Shown here: in pieces, positions 1-13,010 of the stretch
Layout of the letters: every line of letters starts with the position of its first letter
How positions within the stretch are numbered: position 1 is the first letter of the stretch
DNA from: Haliotis cracherodii
Taxonomy: Eukaryota
Assembly: GCF_022045235.1 (NCBI RefSeq)
Contig: NW_027266308.1
Coordinates: forward strand, 68,944,001 to 69,008,000
DNA: 64,000 nucleotides
Direction of reading: 5' to 3'
The notes under the pieces: model-generated
Told to the model about the DNA's origin: nothing
What the model saw: only the letters and a program-made list of their open reading frames with translations
Databases searched by the model: none
Position numbers and translations under genes: made by a program

Positions 1-1214
1 CACACATTCAGGATGACCCTTGACCCAGGAAGTTGCCGATAACTTCCGGGTAACAAGCTCACGTCATGCGCATGTGATTGTCAGTAGCCAAGAAGATCTC
101 ATAATTGTTAAATGATCTGTTTCCTGCATGGTAAGCCTTTAGTTAGCGCTGGATCTTCCCGCGCAGTATTGTGTACCGTGTATCGTTTGTGAGAGTGAGT
201 TGAACGTCGTTTTGAACAGTATTCCAGTAAATATTAGCCGGCAACTACTGAAGGAACATGGGCATGGTCAAACCAGATCATAATTTTGGTGAATCTGGCA
301 TTCAAACCAAGAGCTTGTAGAGCCTCGCCGTCAAGGGACACAACTCTGTAGCGAGGACGTGTCTGCAGATACACCTGGACAACCCAGCGAGCATCGTGTG
401 TGCCACATCAGAAGCATGTCAATATGTATGAACAAGCACGAAATACTCTTATACCCACCAATATGACATGTCTGGTTGTGTGCACGGCAAAAAATATTGT
501 ACGGTTTACAAGATCTGCTCCGGGAACGAGCACTACAGTCAAATTTGTTGCAATGGAAACTCGAAAAACATTTTTTTTCGAAAATCAAAAATCAACTATC
601 AAAAGGCACCAGTTCACCACTAGACCTATCTATGTGCTAAGTTTGGTTACGATAACTCTCATGGTTGTTTAGTTCTGCTCAGGAAACGAAACGTTACGGA
701 CGGGAAGACCATTCTTATATCTTCCTTCCACTTCGTGGCGGGGGATAACAACCCACACAGACACAGGCATGGAACACGGAATGAAAGCTCTAATGAATAG
801 CACCATGCTGGAGAAGTATTTCAACCAGTCTACAAAACCAAACATTTCCAAAAACTTCAACGACCCCTGACCTTTTCGCTGTGTGATGTTTGTGAGTGAC
901 TGCTTCAGGTCAGCAAGATGTCCGCGGGATGCGGAGTCTGGTGTTCATCACTCCCTCACATACATTCTCCCTCTGACATGGCGGACTAATCAGAATATAT
1001 ACCATCAACCGCGTACATAAATACTAAAACCTGAATCGCCTTGAGGCTTGAAGTCAGGCCCGCGTCCTCAACTCGGCGTTTGTTAGATTTAAACTGTGAC
1101 GTAATTGTGTACATAGCTAAATGAATGAGTAACTGTCTAGGAAAATATAGAGATGTACACGGACGTACATACATCTACGTACGTCTTTGAGATGTATAAC
1201 AATTTACAGTGTTA

Positions 1215-1566
1215 GAGGTGAGGTGAAATGGGGTTTAACGTTGCGTCCAAGATTATTGCACTGATATAGCGACGTGCATGCACGTGTGTGTGTGTGTGGC
1301 TGCTTGTACTAGACCGGACTGATGCCGATTTATCGTGCTAGCTCACTGAGATACCATGCCGCAGTTTAACATGAATAACCCACTCAGACACAGTATACTG
1401 ACTCCGAGCCGACCAGTCCTTGTTTTAGCCCCTTAATGCCGAGCGCCAGACAGGGTAACAACAAGTGCCATCTTTTAACGTCTTTTGGTATGACGCGGTC
1501 GGGGATCGAACCCCGGACCTTCCGCTCTCCGGGCGGACGCTCTACCACTAGACCACGGAGGCGGTC
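1215..1566 (-). mobile_element. tRNA-headed SINE, family C (V-SINE/RUDI-like), full length
   Basis: Minus strand has A/B-box head (GTGGTCTAGTGG...GGTTCGATCCC), V-domain-like body (GTCATACCAAAAGAC...GACTGGTCGGCTCGGAGTCAG), (CA)n and (CACCT)n tail; 10-bp TSD tacagtgtta at 1205-1214 and 1567-1576. Family name is from memory of the consensus. Confidence 0.85.
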
Positions 1567-1650
1567 TACAGTGTTATAGACACATATAGATGTGCACAGT
1601 GTTAATAGATGTGAGTAGATATCTACTGACATGTATGACAGTGTCAATGG

Positions 1651-1923
1651 TTGGTTGGTTGGTTGGTTTGTTGTTTAACGCCGCACTCAGCAATATTCCA
1701 GCTATATGACGGCGGTCTGTAAATAATCGAGTCTGGACCAGACAATCCAGTGATTGATATCATGAGCATCGATCCACGCAATTGGGATCGATGACATGCA
1801 TCAACCAAGTCAGCGAGCCTGACCACCCGATCCCGTTAGTCGCCTTTTACGACAAGCATAGTCACCTTTTACGGCAAGCATGGGTTGCTGAAGACCTATT
1901 CTACCCCGGAATCTTCACGGGTC
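1651..1923 (-). mobile_element. SINE-like retroposon, family B (non-tRNA head), full length
   Basis: Matches more than 10 other copies in the window; (CAAC)n tail; 14-bp TSD gacagt(g/a)tcaatgg at 1637-1650 and 1924-1937. Confidence 0.88.
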
Positions 1924-2665
1924 GACAGTATCAATGGAAAAATAGACAAGAATAACAGTTTCAAGGGAAATATAGACCTGTTTAACAATGTTCGGGAGCC
2001 ATGGACGCGTATGAAAGTGTATTTTTTTTATAGACACGTAATCCAACGTCCAGGGAGTATAGACATAGGATACTGTCCAGGGAAATACAGATTGGTATGA
2101 CGACGTTCGGAGTTATAGACGTGTATAAACGCGTAGTGTCATACAGTTACTGAATACCGTACACGCGTCCGGGGAAATATAGACATGTATGACGCTGTCT
2201 AGGGAAAATAGCCAAGTTTATAGACACGGACGACCATGAAGATAGTTTTATAGATCTGTACGACAGTGTACTGAGCTGTATTGATGTGTTTTATTCAAAC
2301 ACGCAATGTCAACGGGCGCACATTGATAAGTGCACTACATCTCATCGCGAGCTCGCGGTGACGTCAGCGGATGGATATGACGGCTCGTAAACAGCGCAGA
2401 AATACCAGTGTTTATAAACACGCACTTTGAAACGCAACACGCGGTCTTCTAGCCCCCCATAGCTGTCTCGCGTGATCGTGATGGAATCTCTAAATATAAA
2501 TACCTGATGAGTCTCGCTGATTGTGTATATGCACGACTCGCTGTCAATCTGCAGTGTACGAGGGACACTTATTCCACACGATTGTATTCGGATTGTATGG
2601 ATATCCATGCTGATATCATTCTTAAGGACTTCCTATTTAATCTAATTGTGACACACGTTACATAG

Positions 2666-2890
2666 GAGGCGAGGTGAAATGGGGTTTAACGTTGTGTGTG
2701 TCTGTATGTACGTGTGTGTCTGTGTCCGCGTGCGCGCGCTAATGTCTGTTTTATTGTGCTAATTCACTGATATGCAATACCGCAGTTTAACCATACTCAG
2801 ACACACAGTATACTGACTCCCGAGCCGACCAGTCCTTGTTTTAGCCCCTTAATGCCAGGCAGGTTAACAACAAGTACCATATTTTAACGC
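2666..2890 (-). mobile_element. SINE family C, 5'-truncated
   Basis: Body and tail similar to 1215-1566. Confidence 0.75.
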
Positions 2891-2918
2891 GACCTCAAGG
2901 CAGACGTTCCATCCACTA

Positions 2919-3075
2919 GGGGGCGGTGGTGTAACCTTGTGGTCAAAGCGTTCGCTCATCACGCAAGACCCAGGTTCCATGGGTAGTGTGTGAAGCCAAT
3001 TTCTGGTGTCCCCCCCGCCGTGACGTTGCTTGAATATTGCTAAAAGCGGCGTAAAACGATACTCGCTCTCTCTCC
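2919..3075 (+). mobile_element. Short tRNA-derived SINE, family A
   Basis: GGGGCGGTGG...GTGGTCAAAGCGTTCGCTC head and CGCCGTGA...GAATATTGCTAAAAGCGGCGTAAAAC tail shared with other copies. Confidence 0.8.
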
Positions 3076-3405
3076 ACAAGACCACACACGTTACATTACT
3101 GCATTATACGTATGTGTTTTTACCTAAAATCTAGATATGGTACATTGATTAGATAAGCTAGCGATTTCCGCACTGAGGTAGTTTGTGATGCTATGTATGG
3201 TTATTCCAACTTGAAATGTAGCTGATAACGTTGGATAATTTTCCTTGTTCAAAACAGCGATGTGTCTGTCCAGTGCCCCATGTCGAGGTGAACATGACGG
3301 CGCCGTGTTACAGTGGTACGGGAATCAGGGCTCGAGGGAGCGTGAGCATCCCCTACAACAGTGGAGCGGTATCCCCGAGGGGAGGGGTTGTCTGTCGGTA
3401 CGTAC

Positions 3406-3464
3406 CTGCCCCGCCGTGTCGAACAGCCCCAGCTGGTAGGGTGTGTCCCTGATCGTGACGGTCA
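3406..3464 (-). CDS. Rho GTPase gene C, coding exon 2 (59 bp): (V)TVTIRDTPYQLGLFDTAGQ
   Basis: tttcag acceptor, CAG|gtacg donor; phase 1 start joins exon 15419-15551 in frame; canonical G3 motif DTAGQ. Exon 3 not found in the window. Confidence 0.95.
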
Positions 3465-3545
3465 CTGAAACACAATCAGAAAACTACAGTCACAGGGAGA
3501 TAAATAAAGGAGGCATGACATTCCTATTATACAAATAGCATCGAA

Positions 3546-3812
3546 GGGCCCGTGGACATCCGGGGTGGAATAGGTCTTCAGCAACCCATGCCTGCCGTGA
3601 AAGGCGACTATGCTTGTCGTAAGAGGCTACTAACGGGACCTGGTGGTCAGGCTCGTTGACTTGGTTGATGCATGTCATCGTATCCCAACTGCGTGGATCG
3701 ATGTTCATGATGTAAATAACTGGATTCTCTGGTCCAGACTCGATTATTTACAGATCCCCGTCATATAGCTAGAATATTGCTGAGTGCAATTTAAACAACA
3801 AACAAACAAACA
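3546..3812 (+). mobile_element. SINE-like family B
   Basis: Full-length match to family B with (CAAA)n tail; catcgaa repeated on both flanks. Confidence 0.85.
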
Positions 3813-4579
3813 ACATCGAAATCTCCAAGTCTGACGTTTTGATTGATTGGTACAAGTGAATCACGTGCGTTCAAAGGGCTTTAAGTCATAAAAACTTGTC
3901 AAAACAGGTAAACGTGTAACAGGGTTGATCGGTAATGGGGAGGTGGGGTTTTAACTTATCTTTAAACTTAACTTCACCAACCACTCCACAATTGCACCAA
4001 ACCGCCCTAGCTTCCGCCGAATCAACTTTTAGGATTTTCGTTGATGAGAAACAATTTGTGTTTTTGTGTGGCTTTCACAATGAAACTATTAGTCACTGCC
4101 CCCACCAGTATACAGTCGCCACTGCACCTAGATCGAGTTACATTGTGACAGTTGACAACACCGTGTACACACAATACAAGAGGCGACATGCACTAAGTCT
4201 AGGTTTACATCTCAATACAAGAGAAGGGGTCATTGAGGACGGCTGTTCTGCACAACTCGACCAAACACAAAACTGTTCCATGATGTCTAGCACGAGAAAA
4301 TATGCGCACTACCAACTTAAGATTAGTACTCAGTAACAATGAGGTAATAAATTCGCATGTACATCTAGGGAAATATGAAAATTATAGCACATCCCGCGAG
4401 CATCCAATACCTTGTGTGTCATCAGTCGGTGAGTGAATCATGCTTAACTCCGCAGTCAGTTATAGTCTAGTTATATCACGACTGCTGTAAAAGTGGGTCG
4501 GACAAACAAATGGGTGATAGTATGAGCACCGAACAAAGCCATCAAAATACGCTAAGACAATCCTTTTAGCATGTAAGTT

Positions 4580-4800
4580 CGTTTGTTTGTTGTTTAGCGC
4601 CGCAATAAGCAAAATTCCAGCTATATGACGGCGGTCTGCAAATAATCAGTCAGGACCAGACAATCCAGTGATTAACATCTTGAGCATCGATCCTAGCAAT
4701 TGGGATACGATGACATGCATCAGCGAGCCTGACCACCCGGTCCCGTTTGTCGCCTCTTACGACAAGCATGGGTTGCTGAAGACCTCTACTAACCCGGATT
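4580..4800 (-). mobile_element. SINE-like family B (single-hairpin variant)
   Basis: Similarity to other B copies. Confidence 0.8.
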
Positions 4801-4889
4801 TACGATCGAGAAACACACCGCTTTTAAGTTCCCAGATGTGGGAGGAAAGCCCGAAGTGATGCAGGTCTTAGATGTTTACCACTTTGTTG

Positions 4890-4990
4890 AAACCCTCGAG
4901 CACTGGTATGGTGCTGACAAACCAAGAAACATAATCTGGGCGAACAGGGATTCGAACCCACAATCATAGGTTTCTGGCGTGCCCAAGAGC
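4890..4990 (-). mobile_element. Degenerate tRNA-derived repeat, family D
   Basis: B-box GGGTTCGAATCCC on minus; ctcgag..ggtatggtg.tgacaaac...ctgggc.aa..gggattcgaacccac.atca is shared with 56310-56445. Confidence 0.55.
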
Positions 4991-5054
4991 ACTTGATCTT
5001 GATCCTGTAGATACACTGCATCAATCTGCTGACTATGTTCTGTCTACTTGACCT

Positions 5055-5161
5055 GGGCCTCGTTCCACATTGCGATCGTAGAACTACGACTGTCATAAGT
5101 CTATTTCAAAGAATGGACATACGATATCTTTGCGCTACGTTCGCTTTGTGGAACGGGGCCC
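5055..5161. mobile_element. Small MITE, PIF/Harbinger-like termini
   Basis: TIRs gggcctcgttccaca / tgtggaacggggccc (14/15 match). Confidence 0.6.
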
Positions 5162-5302
5162 GGGTGTAGCCGTCAGCTTGGCCCCGTCTCTAATATCGCA
5201 ATAAGGCGCAAGTCGATGCGCATATGGAGCCGGGAACCAGCTTAGGTCAATACACAGGCACTAGGCTTTGTCTACTATACCTGATATAGCCGTACCGTTG
5301 CA

Positions 5303-5400
5303 CTACTCTGCCGACTAGGTTCTATCTACCAGTACCGCTACAATACTCTGCGGACAGGTTCTATCTACCAGTACCGCTACACCACTCTGCGGACAGGTTC
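5303..5400. repeat. 39-bp tandem repeat, about 2.5 copies
   Basis: ctctgcggacaggttctatctaccagtaccgctaca recurs with period 39. Confidence 0.8.
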
Positions 5401-5710
5401 TGATGTATTAATTAACAGTGCCAGTGTATTGAGATAACTTCAAAGCGGAAGCTAGCGACGTGTGATTGATTGCGGCAACGTAATGGCTTGATTTGCTATA
5501 ATTAGATATGAGCAGTTATAAATTGCACCTGGTGCGTTAACAACGTTGACAATGTGAAGCACGTTACTGGGAATGTTGCGGTTACAGTGATGCAGTGCAT
5601 TCCCTTAGCGCTATGTAGCATGTCAACAAAACTTTCCACGTCGTTGTTGGGGGAGTTGGAGGACCATAGATATCCCCGCCCCTCACAAGCCCCACTGGGT
5701 ATTGATTAGT

Positions 5711-5939
5711 TTGGTTGTTGTTTAACGCCGAACTCGGCAATATTCCAGCTGTATGACGGCGGACTGTAAATAAACGAGTCTGTACCAGACAATCCAGTGA
5801 TTGATATCACACAATTGGGATACGATGACATGCATCAAGCAAGTCAGCTAGCCTGACCATCCGATCCCGTTAGCAAAGTCGTCTTTTACGGCAAGCATGG
5901 GATGCTGAAGACCAATTCTACCCTGGACCTTCACGGGTC
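5711..5939 (-). mobile_element. SINE-like family B
   Basis: 13-bp TSD ggtattgattagt at 5698-5710 and 5940-5952. Confidence 0.88.
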
Positions 5940-6088
5940 GGTATTGATTAGTGCCGAGGCACGTCCGTGCAGGTGGTATTGAGTCTTTCCCTGCAAGTGG
6001 AGCAATCCGTGACGGGAGAGCTGCTCACAATTAACATGAAACATTGGCTTTTATCAAGCAACTAACTAAATGTTCTCAACTGTGAGTG

Positions 6089-6331
6089 TTTGTTTTCTTG
6101 GTGTTTAACGCCGCACTCTGCAATATTCCAGCAATATGATGGCAGTCAGTAATTATCGAGCCTGGACCAGACAATCCAGTGATGAACATCATGAGCATTC
6201 GTCATGCATCAACCATGTCAGCGAGCCTGACCTCCCGATCTCGTTAGTCGCCTCTCACGACAAGCATAGTCGCCTTTTACGGCAATCATGGGTTGCTGAA
6301 GATCAATTCTACTCCGGATCTTCACTGGTCT
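6089..6331 (-). mobile_element. SINE-like family B
   Basis: Similarity to B; actgtgagtg on both flanks. Confidence 0.82.
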
Positions 6332-8118
6332 CCACTGTGAGTGAGTGAACTGAATGAGGGAGCGATGGAACTGTATTTCATGTCTGTTGATAAGACCCGG
6401 TGCACTCAAATCAGTCGTGATGGCCACACTCACTACACTAGAATGCGGATGGTTATGTAGCGCGATGACTATCTTTAGTCTGTGTTAAAGTATGGGAGTA
6501 ACTACAGTCGGAGCTAAGATTGCATTTGGTGTCTACTGGCCTGAGTGCCTGGACCTTCACTGTGGCACCCGACACCACTGCTCCATCTCCGCTACACGGA
6601 ACGAACCATCTCAAGTCACACCACTCGTACATGTCATGTGCATTCGTGTACACACCAGTATCTACTCATACTATTGCGTTTATGTCCAGTTTTTGTTAAA
6701 TTCAAACAATATGTAGCCGGTCAAGCCACCCTACCCTTCTTCTTCCCTAGACTCACAATCACAGAATGCCATATATTTATGATCTTTGGCACAGAGTTAC
6801 GAAAACTGCCAGAACAGTCGAGTCTGTGATTTTCCGCAGATGGCGCTGTACCTCCTATCGGAAGTATCGCCTGTTGCAACAACAAGCAACGCAACTCAAA
6901 CAACATCATCAGCTCCAACAACATTTCATCTGCGGCTTCCTCTAGAACGAATATATCGTCGGCTACAAAGTGAACACCGCCTAGCTACAACAGTATAGTG
7001 ATCGTCTGCTGGATCAACTCTAAGAACCATGTTATGACATCGGTTTATTCCATATTCTGCTATATACGACCAGTCGTCTGTAATACGTATTGTTATCGTC
7101 TGCTTTGAGGCCATCAATCGTCTGCTTCCAGCAGATCTATCATTAACTCTCGCTATGTTGTTTTAGACGCGCTACGGGACTGCCAGTTCCCTGTGGGCGA
7201 TCTGTGACGACCGGAGTGACAGTTTCCTGACAGATTCTGCTCAGTAAATACCCCTAAACGTCGACATAATATTTGATAATGAAACAGCGGCTAATCCCCA
7301 CAGAACATATTTAATAGGCGACACAAAACAATTAGCGCGGCAGCGAGGAACTGGGTCAGTGCGAACTGGAGAGGAAACTACTATTGGGCCAGAAATGCTA
7401 CATCGTATTTGCAGCGTTCCCAAATACAGTGTATAACGGACGATAGGGCCTAACGTAGACGGCGATGATAATGTATTAAACGGTGTGCACACAACCCATT
7501 AATACGATGTGTATTCTGACGGCGTTGCGTTTGCTCAGAGACCGAGATAGCAGTCGATAGCGAGATGGAAATATACTGCATGTAAATCATCTAAATCAGT
7601 CTCAATTCATGTGTCAACATAAATTCCTCTCGAGTCAGTTTAGTAGACGAGTAGAACGCCTGTCATCTGTTTCAATCCACTTGCTATAAGAACAGGTTTA
7701 GTTAAAGTTCATTTGTATTTTAACCTATGTGCTTCTGCTCGTATATCATTCAGAAACTATGTTTTATTCCAAAATACGTGTCGGATTTCTGCTTGCGGAG
7801 AACAACAGACCCAAGTGAAGTCGCTCTCAGCAAAATATTTAGAGTGGAGCACACGATCCATGGGGTTCACACGTTGTGCCTACCTCAGGAATTAAACCCG
7901 GGTTATCATGTGACCAGCGACCACGTTCACCACTGTGCCACACAACCCACCCTATTGGGTTTACGCTGTGGTCAGTAGTATCACCGTGTTGTCATGGCGT
8001 CCAGCATCAGTTTCATCTTAATCACGTAGAGAAGCAGCATCTCGACAGAGTCTGATGCATACGTTTTGTGCTCGACAAATGTACACAATAAATATCATAG
8101 GCAGAGGTGGCGCCCGGA

Positions 8119-8192
8119 GAGTGAGTGAGTGAGTGAGTATGGTTTTACGCCGCCTTTAGCAATATTCCAGCAATATCACGGCGGGTGACACC
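8119..8192 (-). mobile_element. SINE family A, 3' fragment
   Basis: (GAGT)n followed by atggttttacgccgcctttagcaatattccagcaatatcacggcgg. Confidence 0.75.
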
Positions 8193-8248
8193 AGAGCGCC
8201 CGGAGAGACCCGCGATGCTCTTTACCAAATGAGTGACTGTTGTTTTAC

Positions 8249-8556
8249 TTGTTTGTTTGTTTGTTTGTTTCTTTCTTTTTTGGTTGGTTGGTTGGTTGGT
8301 TGGGTGTTGGTGGGTGTTTAACGCCGCACTCTTCAATATTCCAGCTACATGACGGCGGTCTGTGTAAATAATCGACTTTGGACCAGACAATCCAGCGACT
8401 GACATCATGAGCATAGACCTAGGCCAAATGGGATAAAATGGGATAAAATGACATGTATCAACCAAGTCAGCGAGGCTGACCACCCGATCCTTTAGTCGCC
8501 CCTTGCGACAAGCATGAGTTGCAGAAGGCCTATTCTACCCCGGATCTTCACGGGCC
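8249..8556 (-). mobile_element. SINE-like family B with long simple-repeat tail
   Basis: Similarity to B; TSD ctgttgttttac on both sides. Confidence 0.82.
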
Positions 8557-9029
8557 CTGTTGTTTTACATCTCAGTCAGCAATATTCCATCTTAAGGGCA
8601 GGGGCCAGTTAATACACCACGATCTACGCCCTCGGGACACGATAATAATCAGCTAGATAGATAATATTTATTGCAGAGACATTCCATAACGTGACAGATG
8701 CAATTTTTAAAATGACAAAACATTATGATCACACTGTGTAGCTATAATGCCCTTACGACAAGACGATACGGGGATGTAGTCTGTCTACAGGTTCTCGGAA
8801 CTAAGCATGCCGTCGATAGTTCTATTGTCCGCCTGTAGGCTATCGAGTGTATTTTTCTGAACCCCAGTGTTTCCGGACTGAAGTGATTGTTTGTGGGGGC
8901 ACCAGCAGCCGTGAAGTAGATGACGACACCGGTGGTGTAACCGAGCCATGGTGATGGCATCCACCACGTCCGACAGCACTCGCGTCAATCAGAGGTGCAT
9001 CCTTCCTGTCTGCCTTGGGCGACCGAGCC

Positions 9030-9500
9030 AGCGGCACATCGTACATGTCCTCAAAACACCGCTAGGTCGGTACGTACGTGCCCTGAACACGCCGGTAGGT
9101 CGGCACGTACGTGCCCTGAACACGCCGGTAGGTCGGCACGTACATGCCCTGAACACGCCGGTAGGTCGGCACGTACATGCCCTGAACACGCCGGTAGGTC
9201 GGTACGTACATGCCTAAACACGCCTCGGCACGTACACGTCCTGAACACGCCGGTAGATCGGTACGTGCCCTGAACACGCCGGTAGGTCGGCACGTACATG
9301 CCCTGAACACGCCGGTAGATCGGTACGTGCCCTGAACACGCCGGTAGGTCGATACGTACATGCCCTAAACACACCGGTAGGTCGGCACGTATACATGCCC
9401 TGAACACACCTGTAGATCGGTACGTGCGCTGAACACGCCGGTAGGTCGGCACGTACATGCCCTGAACACGCCGGTAAGTCGGTACGTACGTGCGCTGAAT
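9030..9500. repeat. Minisatellite, 33-bp unit (29-bp variants)
   Basis: gccctgaacacgccggtaggtcggcacgtacat tandem copies. Confidence 0.93.
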
Positions 9501-9597
9501 ACGTCCGCATGGTGGATGAACACTCTTCTCTTTCGCCAGTGACAATATACTTAAACATAGTTTATTCAACTTCAATTTCATGATGTTCCCGAAGAAA

Positions 9598-9757
9598 CGG
9601 GGAGGTCGGGTGGCCTAGTGGGTAAAGTGTTTGCTCGTCACACCGACAGAACACTCAGGTCTCATTCCCCATATGGGTACAGCGTTCTGATCTCATTTGT
9701 GCCCCGTCACACCGCTGAAGTGATGTTCAAAGCGGCGCATCACTCTCTCCTTCACTC
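9598..9757 (+). mobile_element. SINE family A, degenerate
   Basis: ggtggcctagtgggtaaagtgtttgctcgtcacaccga...atgggtaca...aagcggcg. Confidence 0.6.
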
Positions 9758-11060
9758 TTGGAAGTAGATGCGGTCGCGCCGACTCTCACAGCCACGTCAG
9801 TGGTGTGGTATCACGGTGATGTTGCACTTGTGACCACGTCGCCTCCAGCTGACCGCGTCACGCCTGGTGGTGACAGTAAGAGGCAGGAAAACAACTCTTG
9901 GCTATTTGTCACAACCGGACAGCCGGACCCACTCAGATCATAATGACCATTCTGTTAAGCACACAGGGTTTAACGCGGCGTTCTCCCGCGCCCGGGTCTC
10001 AGGGTCAATGCAAAAGGATCCGCCATTAACGCCTATGTGGAGAGAGGTCACCCCGGGATGTTATTAATGGATGCTGAAAGTGAATTGAATTAATAATTCC
10101 TTTCATCACTCACATGTTGTTTCACAGCGGATAATTGGCGACCGAATTTTGATAACAAAACATGACACGCATCCTCATCCTCTCTGGAGGTGTCGTGAGG
10201 TATACGACCAGTTTATCAGCTCCTTAATACTGCCAGTCCTATTTCACCACGATGTTTCAGAACAGTACAAAACCAAAACAATCACGGAAACTGGTGACTG
10301 CGAATTATGAATCAACATGCGTCCAGTTAAAGCAAACAGGCTTAGTTTGTCATGTAGTTCGGTGTTGAATGTTTACACTGTAAACAAATCATGAACATGA
10401 ACTACCAACCGAGAGGCTATAAAAGTGTAGACGTCAGTGTAATACTCCATTTCAACACTAAACACCCCAAAAAACTCTCAGCAATCGGCAAGTAGTCCAA
10501 AACAGCTCTTCCTCCGTATAAGTGTGTTAGTGCCAGTAGTATACGTGGTCGACAGGTGCCCGTTTGATATGTACCTGTCAGTCGTGACACAACTCTTCAA
10601 GTTGATTGACAGGTACGTAAAGTGAAGTACAAGTCGTCGATGTCGTAACAGGTCAAACATCAAACGGCTACTTGTCATGACACTTCGCATCTGGGGAGAA
10701 AAGTACAGTACCAACGCAAAGAGGCTACACATCTTCGGTGTAATGAACAACCCCGATCTGACAGGTGCCTGTCAAGTCTGATCCAAACACTGTAATATAC
10801 AGCTTGACAAGTGTAATGTACAACCAGGGCTATGATATCAGCGCACTACAGCCAGCATAAATCACCGCCGAAGACGATAGGTTATGGTTCAAAATTAAGT
10901 TAGCAGCCCTAAAACCTCCCCCTGCCTCACCTTTTCGGACATACCCTTTTCGACCAATCACTAAATGGCCTGGCGGGCCCGTGCGGGAAATACGCATATA
11001 AAGCGCACTCTAAATTCCCAATTTAAGTATGTATGTAAGATGGGTTATCCAAACTGAACA

Positions 11061-11325
11061 GACCCGTGAAGATTCCGGGGTAGAATAGGTCTTCAGCAAC
11101 CCATACTTGCCGTAAAAGGTGACCCTGCTTGTCGTAAAAGGCGACTAACGGGATCGGGTGGCCAGGCTCGTTGACTTGGTTGATACATGCCATCGATCCC
11201 AATTGCGTTGATAGATGCTCATGATATCAATCACTGGATTGTCTGGTCCAGACTCGATTATTTACAGACCGCCGTCATATAGCTGGAATATTGCTGAGTG
11301 CGGCGTTAAACAACAAACCAACCAA
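11061..11325 (+). mobile_element. SINE-like family B, full length
   Basis: 12-bp TSD ccaaactgaaca at 11049-11060 and 11326-11337. Confidence 0.9.
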
Positions 11326-12173
11326 CCAAACTGAACATAGATAGACCCGTCAAACGCACCTGCGTCGTCATGTCACTAGGGTTCCGGTGTAGACTCTGTC
11401 TACCGCCGCTGACAGATAAATTCAGTCGTATTTACACGACCTATTCTGCTCTTGGCCAGTTGGGGCGATCAGCTGACATGTGTCACAGTATAATGGTAAT
11501 GCACATTTCAAATGTCACAGGGGAGAATTGACATGCCCGTCACTTCAGTGATTGCTATTCTGGGTTAAACGAGCCTATGCTATACACGTTCCTAGATACG
11601 CTATAATCTCTGTGTTGAACTTCAGTCGTATATACTATCATACATTATTCACATTGAACATGTATTGCTTGAATGCTGTTGTAAAGGAAAACAAAGGCTT
11701 TAAAATTACTACTCGTTATTGAGAATAAAGATACAAATTAATTTCAAACTGGCAAGATTCAAATATAATTTCAATATCCATCCCCTCCGTCCATTTCTCT
11801 TGCTGATGTTGCGGGAATGTTACTAAAAGCGTCGTAAAACCATATTCACTCACTCATTCATAGTGTATCCAACACATTTTAACCAACATCGAAATTCCAC
11901 AAGTGAGACAGCAAAATGGCGTATGTCCCATTGAGCCACCGACGTGTACCCCCTTCCGCCCCCCTGATGATATAGTCAATAACATCTGTTCTCACACTAC
12001 ATGTCTCTCCTCTGAAAAAACGTAAATTCTCATGTTGATTTCTGCCCTTGCTTTTTATAATCTAGAATGGTTTAGTTTCATAAAATACATGTATTCCACA
12101 AACATGACGAAGAACTACCCCCCTCCCCAAAACAGGCTGGTCCTCTCCCTCCCTCGTCTCGTCACAGCAGGTC

Positions 12174-12197
12174 GGGGGGGGGGGGGGGGGGGGGGGG
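12174..12197. repeat. (G)24 homopolymer
   Basis: Direct read. Confidence 0.9.
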
Positions 12198-12755
12198 CTG
12201 TGCAGCGCCTGTGTGCTGCTGACATTCGTGTTCCAGACACATGCTTCTCGACTCCATTCCGCTCGTCTCAGACGACGCTTTGCACAACGAACCACAGGAC
12301 TTGCCACGGTTTTGGAGACTTTCAACAACTTTTTTATGTTTACTTTAAAGGCAAATATTTTATCCCCGATGTGTATGCTAGTGGTTGTTTGTTTACGATC
12401 GTTCCGACGAAATAAGTAAGATGCTGTCTATACCACATCTCACAATGTAGGTCACCGATCATTCGGGAATGAAAGTGGGAGTTGACGCGCGTTCCTGAAG
12501 CTTCGTGATAATTAACGGCCCTACACGCGTGGAGGTAGACGCACTCGGACTAAGTAGATCATTGCACGAGTCGGTGATTGAGTACAGTGTAACGCCGCAG
12601 TGTGCAATATTCCAGCTATATGATGGCGGCCAGTCTATAATGGACACAATGCTGTCGGGGTACGAAGACACGCTTACAACCCGGTCACAGAGTCTGACCG
12701 CATGGTCCAATGTAATCGCCAGTTAAATACTGTCTCCAACCCGAGTCCCACCGGC

Positions 12756-13010
12756 TAGACTTGCACAAGTCTCTAAGGCAATAATTATTACTTTAAATCA
12801 TAATTCTAGATTATGCAAATAATAACAGGTTGTCCCTATAAGGGACTGGAGTTCTTACTGTCCACATATATAGATTTGCCTATTAGGTTTGTTTGTTGTT
12901 TAACGCCGCACTCAGCAATATTCCAGCTCTATGACGGCGGTGCCTATTAGGAGGATATTATTACTACACATCCATGGACTTTTCTTTCAGTACAGCCTTG
13001 GAGCAAGGCT
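12756..13010. mobile_element. Non-autonomous element with TAG...CTA ends and terminal hairpins (copy 1), interrupted by a family-B tail fragment
   Basis: Begins tagacttgcacaagtct, ends agccttggagcaaggcta; homologous to 20096-20292 and 33126-33315; inserted B fragment (about 12888-12940) flanked by tgcctattagg duplication. Confidence 0.7.

Noticed and set aside
1-3405. Exon 3 of gene C (expected EDYDRLRPLSY...)
   Set aside because: No matching minus-strand frame found; probably left of the window, so the gene is not called a pseudogene.
6833-6848. CTCF-like motifs (also about 30462-30475)
   Set aside because: Imperfect single matches that cannot be separated from chance without scanning or ChIP data.
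10575-10700. Strong acceptor ttttctccccag with a possible donor in gene C intron 1
   Set aside because: In the required phase it hits TAG after a few codons and has no Rho similarity; could only be a poison exon, no evidence.
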